DNA from: Epithemia pelagica
Taxonomy: Eukaryota > Protista > Bacillariophyta
Assembly (NCBI GenBank): GCA_946965045.2
Contig: OX337229.1
Location: forward strand, 5,766,001 to 5,830,000
Direction: 5' to 3'
DNA: 64,000 nucleotides
This document shows, piece after piece, positions 11,037-21,436 of this stretch; the stretch's first letter is position 1, and each line of letters opens with the position of its first letter. Made by a program: the position numbers and the translations under genes. Below the pieces are notes generated by a model, which saw only the letters and a program-made list of their open reading frames with translations, was not told the origin of the DNA and ran no database searches.

Positions 11037-11598
11037 CGAGGTGCCGGGTTGATTGATGGTTCGGATAGAGTTGCTCCGTCCCCTTTTAACAATGCATTTT
11101 CCTCCTACTCGTCATCTCTCAACCCACCTTCTCCACCCATCCCTCGTCGGTCAGCGCAGCATTTCGACTCAAGTGATAATGATCCCATTATTTTACCGAT
11201 CCCCAAGGTCCCAGTTCCATTGATTCCCCGTGTCTTCTCCGATGAGAAAAGGATTTCATCCTCAGACGTTGCCTCCAAAATCTCGCCTCATGTCCGTTTT
11301 GTCCCCAAATTCCAAACGAAAATTTTCGACAAGATTGAGCCGGCGTGTGCCATACAAGATTCCATTTCCCCCAAGACAGATTTCGCGACCCCTTCCATTC
11401 TTCGTCGAAATTCTTCGGAGCCCGATCCTAATCTATCTCAGCTTGACAGTTCCGATGACCCTCCCCCAAACCCCCACCAACGCTCTTCTATTATGCCCCC
11501 AAGTTCACAATTTCTGGAATCCATCAAAGAAGCTTTAATTCGGAATTGCACGCAGGACGATTCGCCCTTTTCCCATTCGACATCTAAGGAAGGAACGG
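11037..11598 (+). pseudogene. N-terminal Pro/Ser-rich part of the YR pol frame, interrupted by the Plavaka element
   Basis: Same frame as gag after a single TGA. Joining 11598 to 30002 gives the in-frame sequence SKEGT-GPISLLRW continuing into RT. Confidence 0.65.
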
Positions 11599-11680
11599 TA
11601 CGCCAGTTTATGGCGGTTTAATTATCGATAAGAAAGCACCCCTAAGCGCATCCTACTAGAATCATCCGCGCGCAGGACAC

Positions 11681-11890
11681 GCGCACACCTACAAGAACAT
11701 GCGCACACCTACAAGAACATGCGCATGGCCCTTCCTCACGTTATTACTAAAAATGTGCTTTCCAGAACCAGCAAGCGCATGACCCACATTTCACCAACTT
11801 CAACACCATGCACAGTCAAGAACCAATAGTCATCACATCCCTCCACCTTCATGCACAGTCAAGAACCAACAGTCATCACATACCCTCCTA
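11681..11890. repeat. Left subterminal direct repeats of the Plavaka element
   Basis: gcgcacacctacaagaacat x2 (11681-11720), and catgcacagtcaagaaccaa(t/c)agtcatcacat x2 (~11807 and ~11850). Confidence 0.85.
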
Positions 11891-12088
11891 TGTATGCACT
11901 CATCCTTGATTGTGTCACATCACCATCATGCGCATTACTCCAGCATCAAGTGCAAGCAAGTTGAACACAGTGCATTTAACTAACACCATGCACACACTCC
12001 CACTAACAACCAGCGAATGAATGGAACACAATACATGTAGCTATATAGGAGTAGTATATGAAATGAAACCAATTGTCATTCTGATCAA

Positions 12089-14081
12089 TCACTGCCACGA
12101 CCGTTTTCGTGGCCTTTTAGAAGGCCTTGTCACAGCATCATCATCTGCATACCCCATTCGAGAGCGATATTGCCCATTGAGAAACATCATGAACCAGATA
12201 CCGCGGTCGCCTGCTCTGTCTTCACGAGCGATTTTCTCTTCCATATCCTCAAAATAGTCCATACCATCCTCATTCATACATCGACTTGAGTTCCAACTGC
12301 CTGAATATTTGAAGCGAGGATACCTTGCTGAGGATGTATCAATCATTTGATCAACACCATTTTCATTGTACCACCTTGGATTTAATTCAAATAGTTTCGC
12401 CTTGAAAGTGGTCTTGCCCATGTGAGTCCACACATCCCAGCAATCCACAAGGATGGTCAATATGAATGCCTCGTCACTTGAAGTGAATAACTTCAAGGCC
12501 TTTTCGCAATGTTCCTTTCCCTGCTGCTCAGTGTGGTCACCAAAATTGAAATCAATCACGGTTTTATGCATATTCTCACCATAGACACATGGACCAAACA
12601 ATTGCAAGAGATATGAATAGGGATAGTTGTCACACTTCTCTCCTCTCAATAACAGAAATTCTTCCAGGGTAGGCATTGGCCCAAAGTCTTCACAGTCGTT
12701 CAAAAGGCATGGATACCTCCGCTGGAAATTACTGTCACGCCATAGATCAAGACCCACATGTTCTAGATTCAGCAACAAATTATCTCACATCTCTTTATGA
12801 GAAGACGACATGATGAACCAACACATTCACTCTTCGATTGACACTTACTTATAAATGCTTTTCGCATGGAAGCCAGAACATTTGATCGTTTGCTTCGGAA
12901 CTTGTCAAGCATATAAGGTGAATGTTCAATCCACCACTCCTCTTGTTGTTTTGCATCCGTAATGCCTTTGCCTTTGAAATAGTGCTCAGTAAAATATGTT
13001 TTGCCATACTTCCCCCAAAGACCATTCGGATCTGCCTTAGTATCTTCGGACATGGAGAAATACTTGACATAACGCCATGCCACCTTCCGAACAAATGTAT
13101 CAAAGAACTTCTCCGATACCACCTCAGGCTTTTTCTTCGGCTTTTGCTTCTTATTCTTGTCCTTTTCGACAGAACCTTTGTGTGTAGTGGATGTTACAAT
13201 CGTACTTGTCGGGCAAGATGATTGATTATGGTGTACTGTTGTTGTCTGTGTTTCCTGTGCCAACTGATTTTGAATATCATCTTGTAGAAGAGTTTCCATC
13301 GCCTGATCAGGCCCTGTTGTTAGCAAAGTAGATGATGAAGATGACGACATATCCGAAAGGGAAGAAACGTCGTTAGCAAAGGTATCACCTGATGCATTCA
13401 ACCCACAAACACCCCCGTCATTAGAGCCGTCTCACCGACAAATTGTCCTCCTCTATTTTGTGCATCTAACAACTTACTGACAAGTCCTCCAGCAGGAAAA
13501 TGTCTCTCATTAGGATCAAAATCATCTCCATCATACTCACTGGGTCCATTGCCCATATTCTGCAATGCTCGTTGCATTTCAGGTCCAGTGAGAATATTTA
13601 CACCGACGTCGTCCTCCTCCATGTTATTAACTGCCGTGTTTGTTGGTTGCGCAAAACCAGATGATGGTTGTGTTCTCAGCCCACCCTGTTCATTATTGCT
13701 ATCATCTGCTGAAGTCACATCGGCTCCATCTCTTTCTGAATTTGTTGCCTGCTCCAAAAGATTACCACTCCCTTCCACAGTTGTGCCTTCTTGTGCTTGT
13801 GCTTGATCGTTGTTCATCGAGATCTGTTCCTCTTCTTCCTCGTCATCAGAACTATCTTCTTGGAGTACTAAACCTCCATTGGCTGCTGCAATAAGAGCAT
13901 CTTTGTTTGTAATTGTCCCGTCCTTGTTAGGAAGATTCTCTTTATTTCTTGTTGCCACTGCTGCCAAGATGCTTCTTCGTTGTCGTTCAACCTCTTTCTG
14001 ATTACTTCCATAGTTTGCATTTCGGACTGCTAAGGGTCGACGCCTCGTTGGAGCTGCATTTCTGGTGGTGACTCCTGCCAT
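12089..14081 (-). CDS. Three-exon accessory gene of the element (~605 aa, unknown function), divergent from the transposase
   Basis: Predicted exons 14081-13478, 13388-12849, 12762-12089. Introns GTAAGT...CAG (89 bp) and GTAAGT...TAG (86 bp), both phase 1, join three ORF-track fragments in frame. Motifs WW...KRSNV...M...F and SDEAF. Confidence 0.65.
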
Positions 14082-14645
14082 CGTTTATCTTGGATGCTCC
14101 GTCTGATTTATGACAAGGACGTGAACAAGAGCAGGGTGACAACAAGACCTCTGATGGACAACCATTCAAATTCAAACGCTGGAATGCTCCATGTTTGAAT
14201 CATAAACTCCGTGTTTGAACGATGGTCCTTTAGAGAACGTATGAAGATGAGCATAGGTGGTTTCAAGTACATCATACTTGTCAGATGGAACATTGGTACA
14301 TGGGTTTGAATGATTGTCATTTCCTTTCTAATGTCGACAGTGTCGGTATCCTCGGCATTGACACAGTGTTTGAATTCCAATCGCTGCTATCACCGTTGGT
14401 ATCTAACCCGGCAGGCTGGATTGGATTAAGTAAATACACACGACCGTTTGAAAATATTATGATCCGTTCATGTACATAAGCGATTTTCAGTCGCTTTTAT
14501 GCACCAACGTCGGCCGATCCACCCAATGCGGAGAAATTCTGATATATGCCACAAGATTGACCACCGATGTCTCAATTTGCAGAAATCGATTACAGAGCAT
14601 TTTTCATTACAAACCAAAATCTAAAACCACCAGCATCGTACCATC

Positions 14646-17600
14646 ATGGGCCAGCGTCGTAAAGTAAAAAAGAAGTTGCGAAAGAGATGCTCAAATACAA
14701 GCCAACAAGAGGAGTCCTTCATATCCTTTCAAGTGTGTCGTTTCTGTCAATCACGTTTCGATGCAAGAGGAATCAGCCGTCACGAAACAGTTTGTGAATT
14801 GAAAATGAACACCCAAAGGAAATGGCCAAATGTTGGCGATGACAACAATGATTGTGCCAGTAATATGAATGCTGATCCAATGAATATTGATATCATGGAC
14901 GATGAAACCACTATTCCGCATGCTGACCCACCAAAAGCATACTATGTACCTGGTGATACAGATAATATTATTCTGCGCAACAGCAAGGAGTGCCCGGTTG
15001 ATTTTCCTGCGTTCCTCGATAGAGATGGGAAGCAATTGAAACTTCATAAACACGATGCAGCCTTGGTCTCACTTATGATGTTACTTCGGAAAGCTGGTTG
15101 CCCCAAATATTTGTACAATTCGATCCTGGCATGGTCGAGTGACACATACTCAAGATGCGGTCCTGGGTTCTTCCTGGACAACCATTCAAAGAGGAAAACG
15201 TTCATCGAAAAGTTTTCTTCCAAAGGTTTCAATTATCCCAAGGCCAAATTTTTCCCGGTACCAATGGAATTCACCCAAAAACAGGGTGTGGTTGTACCAG
15301 AGAGTGAGAAATCAATAACAACACCAGTATTTGATTTGATCAGTCAACTACAGCGTGTATTACAAGATCCCGATGCAACCAAGAAAGAAAATACGATCCT
15401 CGATGATGACGATCCGTATCGTCCATATGTTCCAAACAAGCACATCCAAAATATACAAGACGGAGAAGTATTTTGGAAAACAGTGGAAAAATATAGAGAT
15501 GATCCAGATGCCTTCGTGGTTGGTCTTGTCTGTTATATGGACAAAACACATGCAACAGGGGATGGAAGATATACATCGGAGCCTGTTGTAATGGTGCCAT
15601 CTTTTCTAACGGAAACACAAATGAGGAAAGCAAGGCGACAGATCATCCTTGGGACTATTACAGACATGGAAAGAAAATCATCAGCGGCAAAACATATCCT
15701 CGATAAAGGGACTCCTTGCCGAAATTATCATGCTCAATTGACTAAGATCCTCGAAGGTCTTGTCAGTATCCAAAAACAGGAAGGTTTATGGATGAAACTA
15801 CGTCTCCATGGGATTATCAAAGTTGTCCGTTTGATATTGCCAATGATTGTTGTCAAAGGAGACGGGAAGTCTCAGGATAACCTTGCAGGTCGGTATGCCT
15901 CGCATCATCCAAGTGTTGGAAGACTATCATGGTGTTGCAACATTAAACCAAGGGATAGCAGATACCCATGGCATGAATGTTCTTATATCAATGCTGCAAG
16001 TACATACAAAATGTGCTTGAATGCATTGGGTCTTAATGAAAATCGAGAAAAACTGACTGAACAGGATGTTGATTACCAAGAGAGAGACAATGATACATTT
16101 TCGACTTTGACTGTTCCTACCTGTTTGAGCACATCGCAAGTAAGTCAAGAAAATAGCAGAGATGGAGGGGTCAATACTCTTGTGTCAGCTGCAAAAACCC
16201 AATTGCATGACATGGGACAGTATGCAGTCGATCTTTGTTTTTCCAAGGTTTACCTGGGTGAAGGAACCAATTCTGAACATGGGATTTTCTCGGCCAGTAG
16301 TTGTGATGTTCTTCATACATTGAAATCTGGGATAATGAGATACATCATGATTGACTTTTTCACGTTGATGACAAAAACTGAACGGGCCATGTTTGATTAT
16401 GTCTACAATTCAATCTTTCGGGCAAGTAGACAGACTGTATTCTCGTATTCATCGAAACTTGGATATCCCGGAACATCATTCTCGACCGGGATCAGTAACC
16501 TGTCAAAAGTAACTGCCAATGAGTGGGTTGGGATCATGTTTGCTTCAGCAGCTCTATGTGCCACTGCCAGAGGTCGCCTTATATTCGCGAAGAATATGGC
16601 AAAGAAATGGAACAAGGTGGTTGCGGAATGGAAAAAACGACAAGCAAAGCAAACATCCAAAACCACCAACAAGACATGTCAAGCGGACTTGGATCAAGTG
16701 CAAGAGACAAGTGAACCTATTGCTGACAATGAGGATGATACTCCACCAGATGAAGAGTACGAACGTACACGTCTTGATGATGATGATAGTGTTGACATTG
16801 ATATCACAGCTGAAACTGTTTTTGATGATGACCCAGTTGCTTACAGGTCTATCTGGGATGTTGATGAGCGGGAACCATACATAGACTTCCTGCATCTATT
16901 CGAGACTCTTTTGTGTTTCAACAGCTGGATTCGTATGGATACATTCTGGGAAACAGACCCAGACTCACAAGAAGGACAAACAACAGCATCCAAGTCTCTC
17001 GAATCAGTGCGGATTTTGATGGATGGCATCAGGAGATATGCACCCAGGCTCGATAAAAAAGGCAAATTGATGTCCAACGGGTGGATGATACCAAAATTCC
17101 ACAATCTCATACACATTATACAACAGATTCAGAATTTTGGACCAGCACGACTGCTTGATGTGGAGTCAGAGGAAAGTAATCATAAGGAAATTGTGAAATT
17201 GAATGCAAAAACGGTACAGAAACGTGGAAAAGGAATTTTTGAGTCGCAACTTGCAGAAAATATCTGGTGGATGCAAAGCTTGGAAATGCTGCAGGAAGCA
17301 ACAGGTCTTGAAGAAGATCATGTCACCTTTCTCCAGGAAGGGAAGTCGCCTTATGAAATAAGGAGAAAAAAGGGATCCCAAAACCAACTCCCTACCACAT
17401 CAACCTTGAATAGCCGTGGAACGGTCATAGTAGTATCCATGACCAGAGAAAAATGTTTGATTCCAGTACCTCACACGAACGTACATACTTCTGGTGATAA
17501 TCAAGACCAGTCATCAGATGAAATAGACAAGGATCTTCCGTCTCCATTGGGTATGTCGATTCAAGTTCCAGGCACGACCAGAAAAGAACAAGACGGATCA

Positions 17601-18503
17601 AACCGAAACCAGACGAATAGTGTACACAGGCGATTGACAGCAGCACCACACGAGGAGGATGTGGTATCAGTGAATATCGAATTCCATTCCAAAACAAATC
17701 ATGACATGACATTGCCACAGTTTTGTAATCACTTCTTTCGATTACATTACAAACGCTTTTTTCATCATATAGACGGGATGAGTGATGATCCAACAAATGA
17801 GACTTCAACCACACTGGAATTGTTCGGGAGCACAGAACTTAAGTTCGAAGACCCCAGGATAGGAAATATACGGGCTCATCCGAATTATCAAAGCGAGGGG
17901 CCATGGAGAGATTGGGTGATGGCTAAAGTTCCAAAGAAAAAAAGGAAACCTCTTGATGAGGTATACAACCAACCTCTCGGAGAATTTGATACCATCCTAT
18001 GTCAAACGATATGCTTCATTCAAATACCCATTACTCGAACAGACCACATACAAATGCAACCATCACCGGTATGTCAACCTTCAACTTCACCCGAGATGAC
18101 CCATGTCCTTCTCCGAACAACATATGTACGGAGTACAGCTGATATCGAGAAATCATCCGTTCTCTTTCAAAAATGGCGTAAGCGTTTTGACCTACATCGA
18201 ATAGCTGAAATTGTCATGGTTCCACTCCGGAATATTATTGAGGTTGTTGGTGTAGTGGATGAGAACCCAGAAATGATTCAAGACCGTGATTCTATCCCAA
18301 CATATTTCCATTCTTCACTTGAAAAAGATTTACTCCAAGAAGACAGTCGTAATTTGAGAAAGTTTAGTGACAATGTCTGGGCCGTACGCAACATCAAAGA
18401 ATGGGCTTCCGAATTCAATGAAAGTGCCCGTGACAATCTCGAGAAACGCTGTAATGAAATGAAAGAAAGATTGAAACAATCCGTCAGCAATTCGACGTCA
18501 TGA
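14646..18503 (+). CDS. Plavaka-family (CMC/EnSpm-related) transposase, intact
   Basis: 1285 aa. N-terminal CxxC...H...C finger, then YMDKT (first D), KGDGKSQD (second D), DVLHTLKSG, IPKFHNLIH...FG...ESEESNHK (E) and RAHPNY...WRDWV, matching the motif order of Plavaka transposases. Confidence 0.85.
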   Translation: MGQRRKVKKKLRKRCSNTSQQEESFISFQVCRFCQSRFDARGISRHETVCELKMNTQRKWPNVGDDNNDCASNMNADPMNIDIMDDETTIPHADPPKAYYVPGDTDNIILRNSKECPVDFPAFLDRDGKQLKLHKHDAALVSLMMLLRKAGCPKYLYNSILAWSSDTYSRCGPGFFLDNHSKRKTFIEKFSSKGFNYPKAKFFPVPMEFTQKQGVVVPESEKSITTPVFDLISQLQRVLQDPDATKKENTILDDDDPYRPYVPNKHIQNIQDGEVFWKTVEKYRDDPDAFVVGLVCYMDKTHATGDGRYTSEPVVMVPSFLTETQMRKARRQIILGTITDMERKSSAAKHILDKGTPCRNYHAQLTKILEGLVSIQKQEGLWMKLRLHGIIKVVRLILPMIVVKGDGKSQDNLAGRYASHHPSVGRLSWCCNIKPRDSRYPWHECSYINAASTYKMCLNALGLNENREKLTEQDVDYQERDNDTFSTLTVPTCLSTSQVSQENSRDGGVNTLVSAAKTQLHDMGQYAVDLCFSKVYLGEGTNSEHGIFSASSCDVLHTLKSGIMRYIMIDFFTLMTKTERAMFDYVYNSIFRASRQTVFSYSSKLGYPGTSFSTGISNLSKVTANEWVGIMFASAALCATARGRLIFAKNMAKKWNKVVAEWKKRQAKQTSKTTNKTCQADLDQVQETSEPIADNEDDTPPDEEYERTRLDDDDSVDIDITAETVFDDDPVAYRSIWDVDEREPYIDFLHLFETLLCFNSWIRMDTFWETDPDSQEGQTTASKSLESVRILMDGIRRYAPRLDKKGKLMSNGWMIPKFHNLIHIIQQIQNFGPARLLDVESEESNHKEIVKLNAKTVQKRGKGIFESQLAENIWWMQSLEMLQEATGLEEDHVTFLQEGKSPYEIRRKKGSQNQLPTTSTLNSRGTVIVVSMTREKCLIPVPHTNVHTSGDNQDQSSDEIDKDLPSPLGMSIQVPGTTRKEQDGSNRNQTNSVHRRLTAAPHEEDVVSVNIEFHSKTNHDMTLPQFCNHFFRLHYKRFFHHIDGMSDDPTNETSTTLELFGSTELKFEDPRIGNIRAHPNYQSEGPWRDWVMAKVPKKKRKPLDEVYNQPLGEFDTILCQTICFIQIPITRTDHIQMQPSPVCQPSTSPEMTHVLLRTTYVRSTADIEKSSVLFQKWRKRFDLHRIAEIVMVPLRNIIEVVGVVDENPEMIQDRDSIPTYFHSSLEKDLLQEDSRNLRKFSDNVWAVRNIKEWASEFNESARDNLEKRCNEMKERLKQSVSNSTS

Positions 18504-18698
18504 TCATAATTTGCCTCTATGGGGGGTTGTCACATACCAGCACTCCCCTCCTAATCTCCCCCCCAACCGTACGCGAGCCGACCAATTCAACTCAGAGTGT
18601 CACACACAAATTGGATGAAATAGTAGATACTTTCCATCGTTTTCCAAAAGTCATCCTCAGTCTTCAGTCAGTAAGGCTATTCTACTCCTCTTCAAACA

Positions 18699-19826
18699 AT
18701 GATCAACCCATACAAATCGAGGAAGAAAACAGTTCCACCCTTGGTGGTCAAACCAAACTTTCCAGTCACAAAGATACCTCCATCTAATGAAGAAATGATG
18801 ATCAACCCATACGAGCTAGAGGAAATAGAGACCCCCATGGTCAAAACGCACTCTCCAACCCCGAAAACTTGCGACGGTGAACATGACAAGAAGCCACCGC
18901 CTGCGTCCAAATCAATAATCAAATGTCATCCACTTCCGTCTTCTAAGCTTGATACCAAGGAAGAAGAGGAGAAGAAACTTCCACCAATCAAGCGCCCATC
19001 GTATCAGTTGATCCCAAACCCATATAAGAAGAAGCTCAAGGTTGCCGATCCATCTACTATTCCAATCTTGCTATTACATGACTCTCCTCCAATGTGTAAA
19101 CCAAGAGCAAACCGAGATAAGCTGCATCTCGAAGTTATTCGGTTCACTGAGCTTGTCAATAAAATCTATGGATCCAATGATGTTCCCCCAGAGCCAGTCT
19201 GTCCTTGGTGTTTTGTAACCGACAACCTTTCAACAGATCGTAGACTTACAGGAAAATGTTGGCATCGCTTCGGTAAATCTCTCTCATGTGCCGATTGTTG
19301 TTATGGTTGTGGAGTGCCCATGAACGGATGTGATTCAGGTGGGAATGAACGTTGTTGCACCGAAGCCCTGTATATCCATGATTCGATGAATATCACACGC
19401 GAAGAATCAGACATAAACAAGGTTCCATTGGTGTGTAAGTCTTGCTTAAGGCCATGCAATTCTTATTCAGAATGCGTCTTCTCGCATGGTTGTTGGAACT
19501 CTTGCAACAAGTACTTCGTCTGGCGATTCTGTCATATTGCTGGACGGGCGTTGGTGTACTCACAATTGAAGCCCAATTGCAAAGGACCAGGCACGATTCC
19601 CAAACATGCACAGGATATTATCAAAAACGCAACAGAGTTGATGTACAACGAACTGCGAGATCCGATGGAGTCTTCTCAGTACACATCTCCATTTTGTCAT
19701 GTTCTTGACCAAGACTCCTGGTCTAAATGGCTTGTCTCCATGTCTTTCGGTCGATACTACAATTACATGCCGTTCTTCCGTCATTGTTACACAGCCTTGA
19801 TGTCTTCATCGAAACCATTGTATTAA
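18699..19826 (+). CDS. Cys-rich putative Zn-binding protein (cargo, paralogue A)
   Basis: 375 aa, many CxxC pairs, C-terminal NKYFVWRFC...ELR...WSKWLVS...NYMPFFRHC. Confidence 0.7.
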   Translation: MINPYKSRKKTVPPLVVKPNFPVTKIPPSNEEMMINPYELEEIETPMVKTHSPTPKTCDGEHDKKPPPASKSIIKCHPLPSSKLDTKEEEEKKLPPIKRPSYQLIPNPYKKKLKVADPSTIPILLLHDSPPMCKPRANRDKLHLEVIRFTELVNKIYGSNDVPPEPVCPWCFVTDNLSTDRRLTGKCWHRFGKSLSCADCCYGCGVPMNGCDSGGNERCCTEALYIHDSMNITREESDINKVPLVCKSCLRPCNSYSECVFSHGCWNSCNKYFVWRFCHIAGRALVYSQLKPNCKGPGTIPKHAQDIIKNATELMYNELRDPMESSQYTSPFCHVLDQDSWSKWLVSMSFGRYYNYMPFFRHCYTALMSSSKPLY

Positions 19827-19887
19827 ACAAACTCTCGACTTCTTCGAAAGGCAAACTGGGAACAGATAACAAGATTTATAATATATG

Positions 19888-20955
19888 TCAATGATCATTA
19901 CCATCCATATTTCCACGTTCCAACTCCGCCGTCTCAGCCATTCTTTCGAGACAATTACGGAAGCACCTGACAAAGAGTGGCATGTAGTTGCGAAAACCAG
20001 CCGTAGAATGAGGCAACGAAAGCAACCATACTGCCCATGTTTTATCAGATGCTCGGGCATAATCGTATGGGGCACAATCGTTATCATCAAAATAGAAACG
20101 GGATCGCAATTCCTCAAGCCAAACGCTGCGGACAATAGTAAACATTGACCAGGTGATTTGACGGGGAAAGTTCACACCATCGTAAAATGATGTTATTTGA
20201 AAAGTACGCGCCACAATATGGCGTATGAGCATACAGAACTGCCACACGAAGTGCTTGTTCTCAGATTCCACACAGACACTGCATGAATCCAAATCTGGTT
20301 GTGGAATCCCAAAAGGTATTGAGCGTTCGGGAATTCGGAAACATTCCCTACACACCTGACAATGAAATGTTGGATGCCTGTGGCGGTGACATAAGTTACA
20401 ACGCATCAAAAAATTCTGCTGCCAGATAACTGAATAATCGAGATATGCCGCACGTGTTACCACTGTAGTATTTCCATGATTGCACTGGTGATGTGGTGTG
20501 GGACGACCAAGGATAACACAGTATGGACAGAGTTTCTCGCCTCTAAGCATTTCGTCCACCAACCGTTTGAATTCAGTCTGGATTTCATGACCGACACGCA
20601 TCTCTTCTCTGAGTTGTTCTATGACTTGTGGTACATCTTCTTCTTCATTATCGTAATCAAAAAAGATCCTCCCCGCGTCCCTGAAACAAGGCCGATCATT
20701 CACTTCCAAGTTCCTGTCGTTGATCGCCCGCATTTCTCGTCGTCGTCTACGTTCCCGAACATAAAAATCTTCTTCCTCCGATTCTTCTTCCTCCGATTCA
20801 TCTCCCGATTCATCCTCCGGTTGGTCCTCTGGATTGTCAGCCATTCTGTTTGCAGTCTCCTTCTCTTCGTTTTGCTGTGAATGCAAATACCTGTACTTGT
20901 TGCTTCTTCTTTGGATTTTTATGAAACCTCTGCTGTCATATGAACGAGAGTTCAA
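19888..20955 (-). CDS. Cys-rich putative Zn-binding protein (cargo, paralogue B)
   Basis: 355 aa, CPYC and further CxxC/H motifs, C-terminal NKHFVWQFC...ELR...WAVWLLS...NYMPLFVRC. Confidence 0.7.
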   Translation of the reverse strand: MNSRSYDSRGFIKIQRRSNKYRYLHSQQNEEKETANRMADNPEDQPEDESGDESEEEESEEEDFYVRERRRRREMRAINDRNLEVNDRPCFRDAGRIFFDYDNEEEDVPQVIEQLREEMRVGHEIQTEFKRLVDEMLRGEKLCPYCVILGRPTPHHQCNHGNTTVVTRAAYLDYSVIWQQNFLMRCNLCHRHRHPTFHCQVCRECFRIPERSIPFGIPQPDLDSCSVCVESENKHFVWQFCMLIRHIVARTFQITSFYDGVNFPRQITWSMFTIVRSVWLEELRSRFYFDDNDCAPYDYARASDKTWAVWLLSLPHSTAGFRNYMPLFVRCFRNCLERMAETAELERGNMDGNDH

Positions 20956-21436
20956 CTGGAAATAGATCCACGGATAACCGATCGGTCGCGTTTGTGTACA
21001 GAAATCGTCACACTATACTATTCACTGTGAGTATTACCACATACTGTGAGGATAAGTGTAATCATTCCCAACATGGTCGCGTTTCACTCGCTGGGCTGAC
21101 CTATCGGTGTGGCTTTGCAAAATTCCATGGACATGGAACAATGACATGCTTCTAGAACTCGAATAGCTCCAAATTTTCGTATAGACCATTTGGGTATCAT
21201 TTGCATGGACGGTAAAGGCTCTGAATTTGTCTATCATCAACCAAAAGACTTGCAATAGACCCTACCGGTGTGGTGTTGCCGTCGTCCCAAAATTCTATGG
21301 ACATGGAGCAAAGACATTCTTCTAGAAATCGAATGGCTCCAAATTTTCTAGAGGTCCTTGGGGTATCATAGGCATTGATTGATGGTAGGTAGTGGTTTTG
21401 CTGATAGGTGGGCATGGTCTTGTATATTAGAAATCT

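Larger units (their letters stand above)
7973..11598 (+). mobile_element. DIRS/Ngaro-like (YR) retrotransposon, left part (5' end, gag, start of pol)
   Basis: Left boundary defined by the empty site at 42012/42013. Contains a gag-like ORF with a CCCH finger. The pol frame rejoins the RT ORF at ~30002. Confidence 0.75.
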
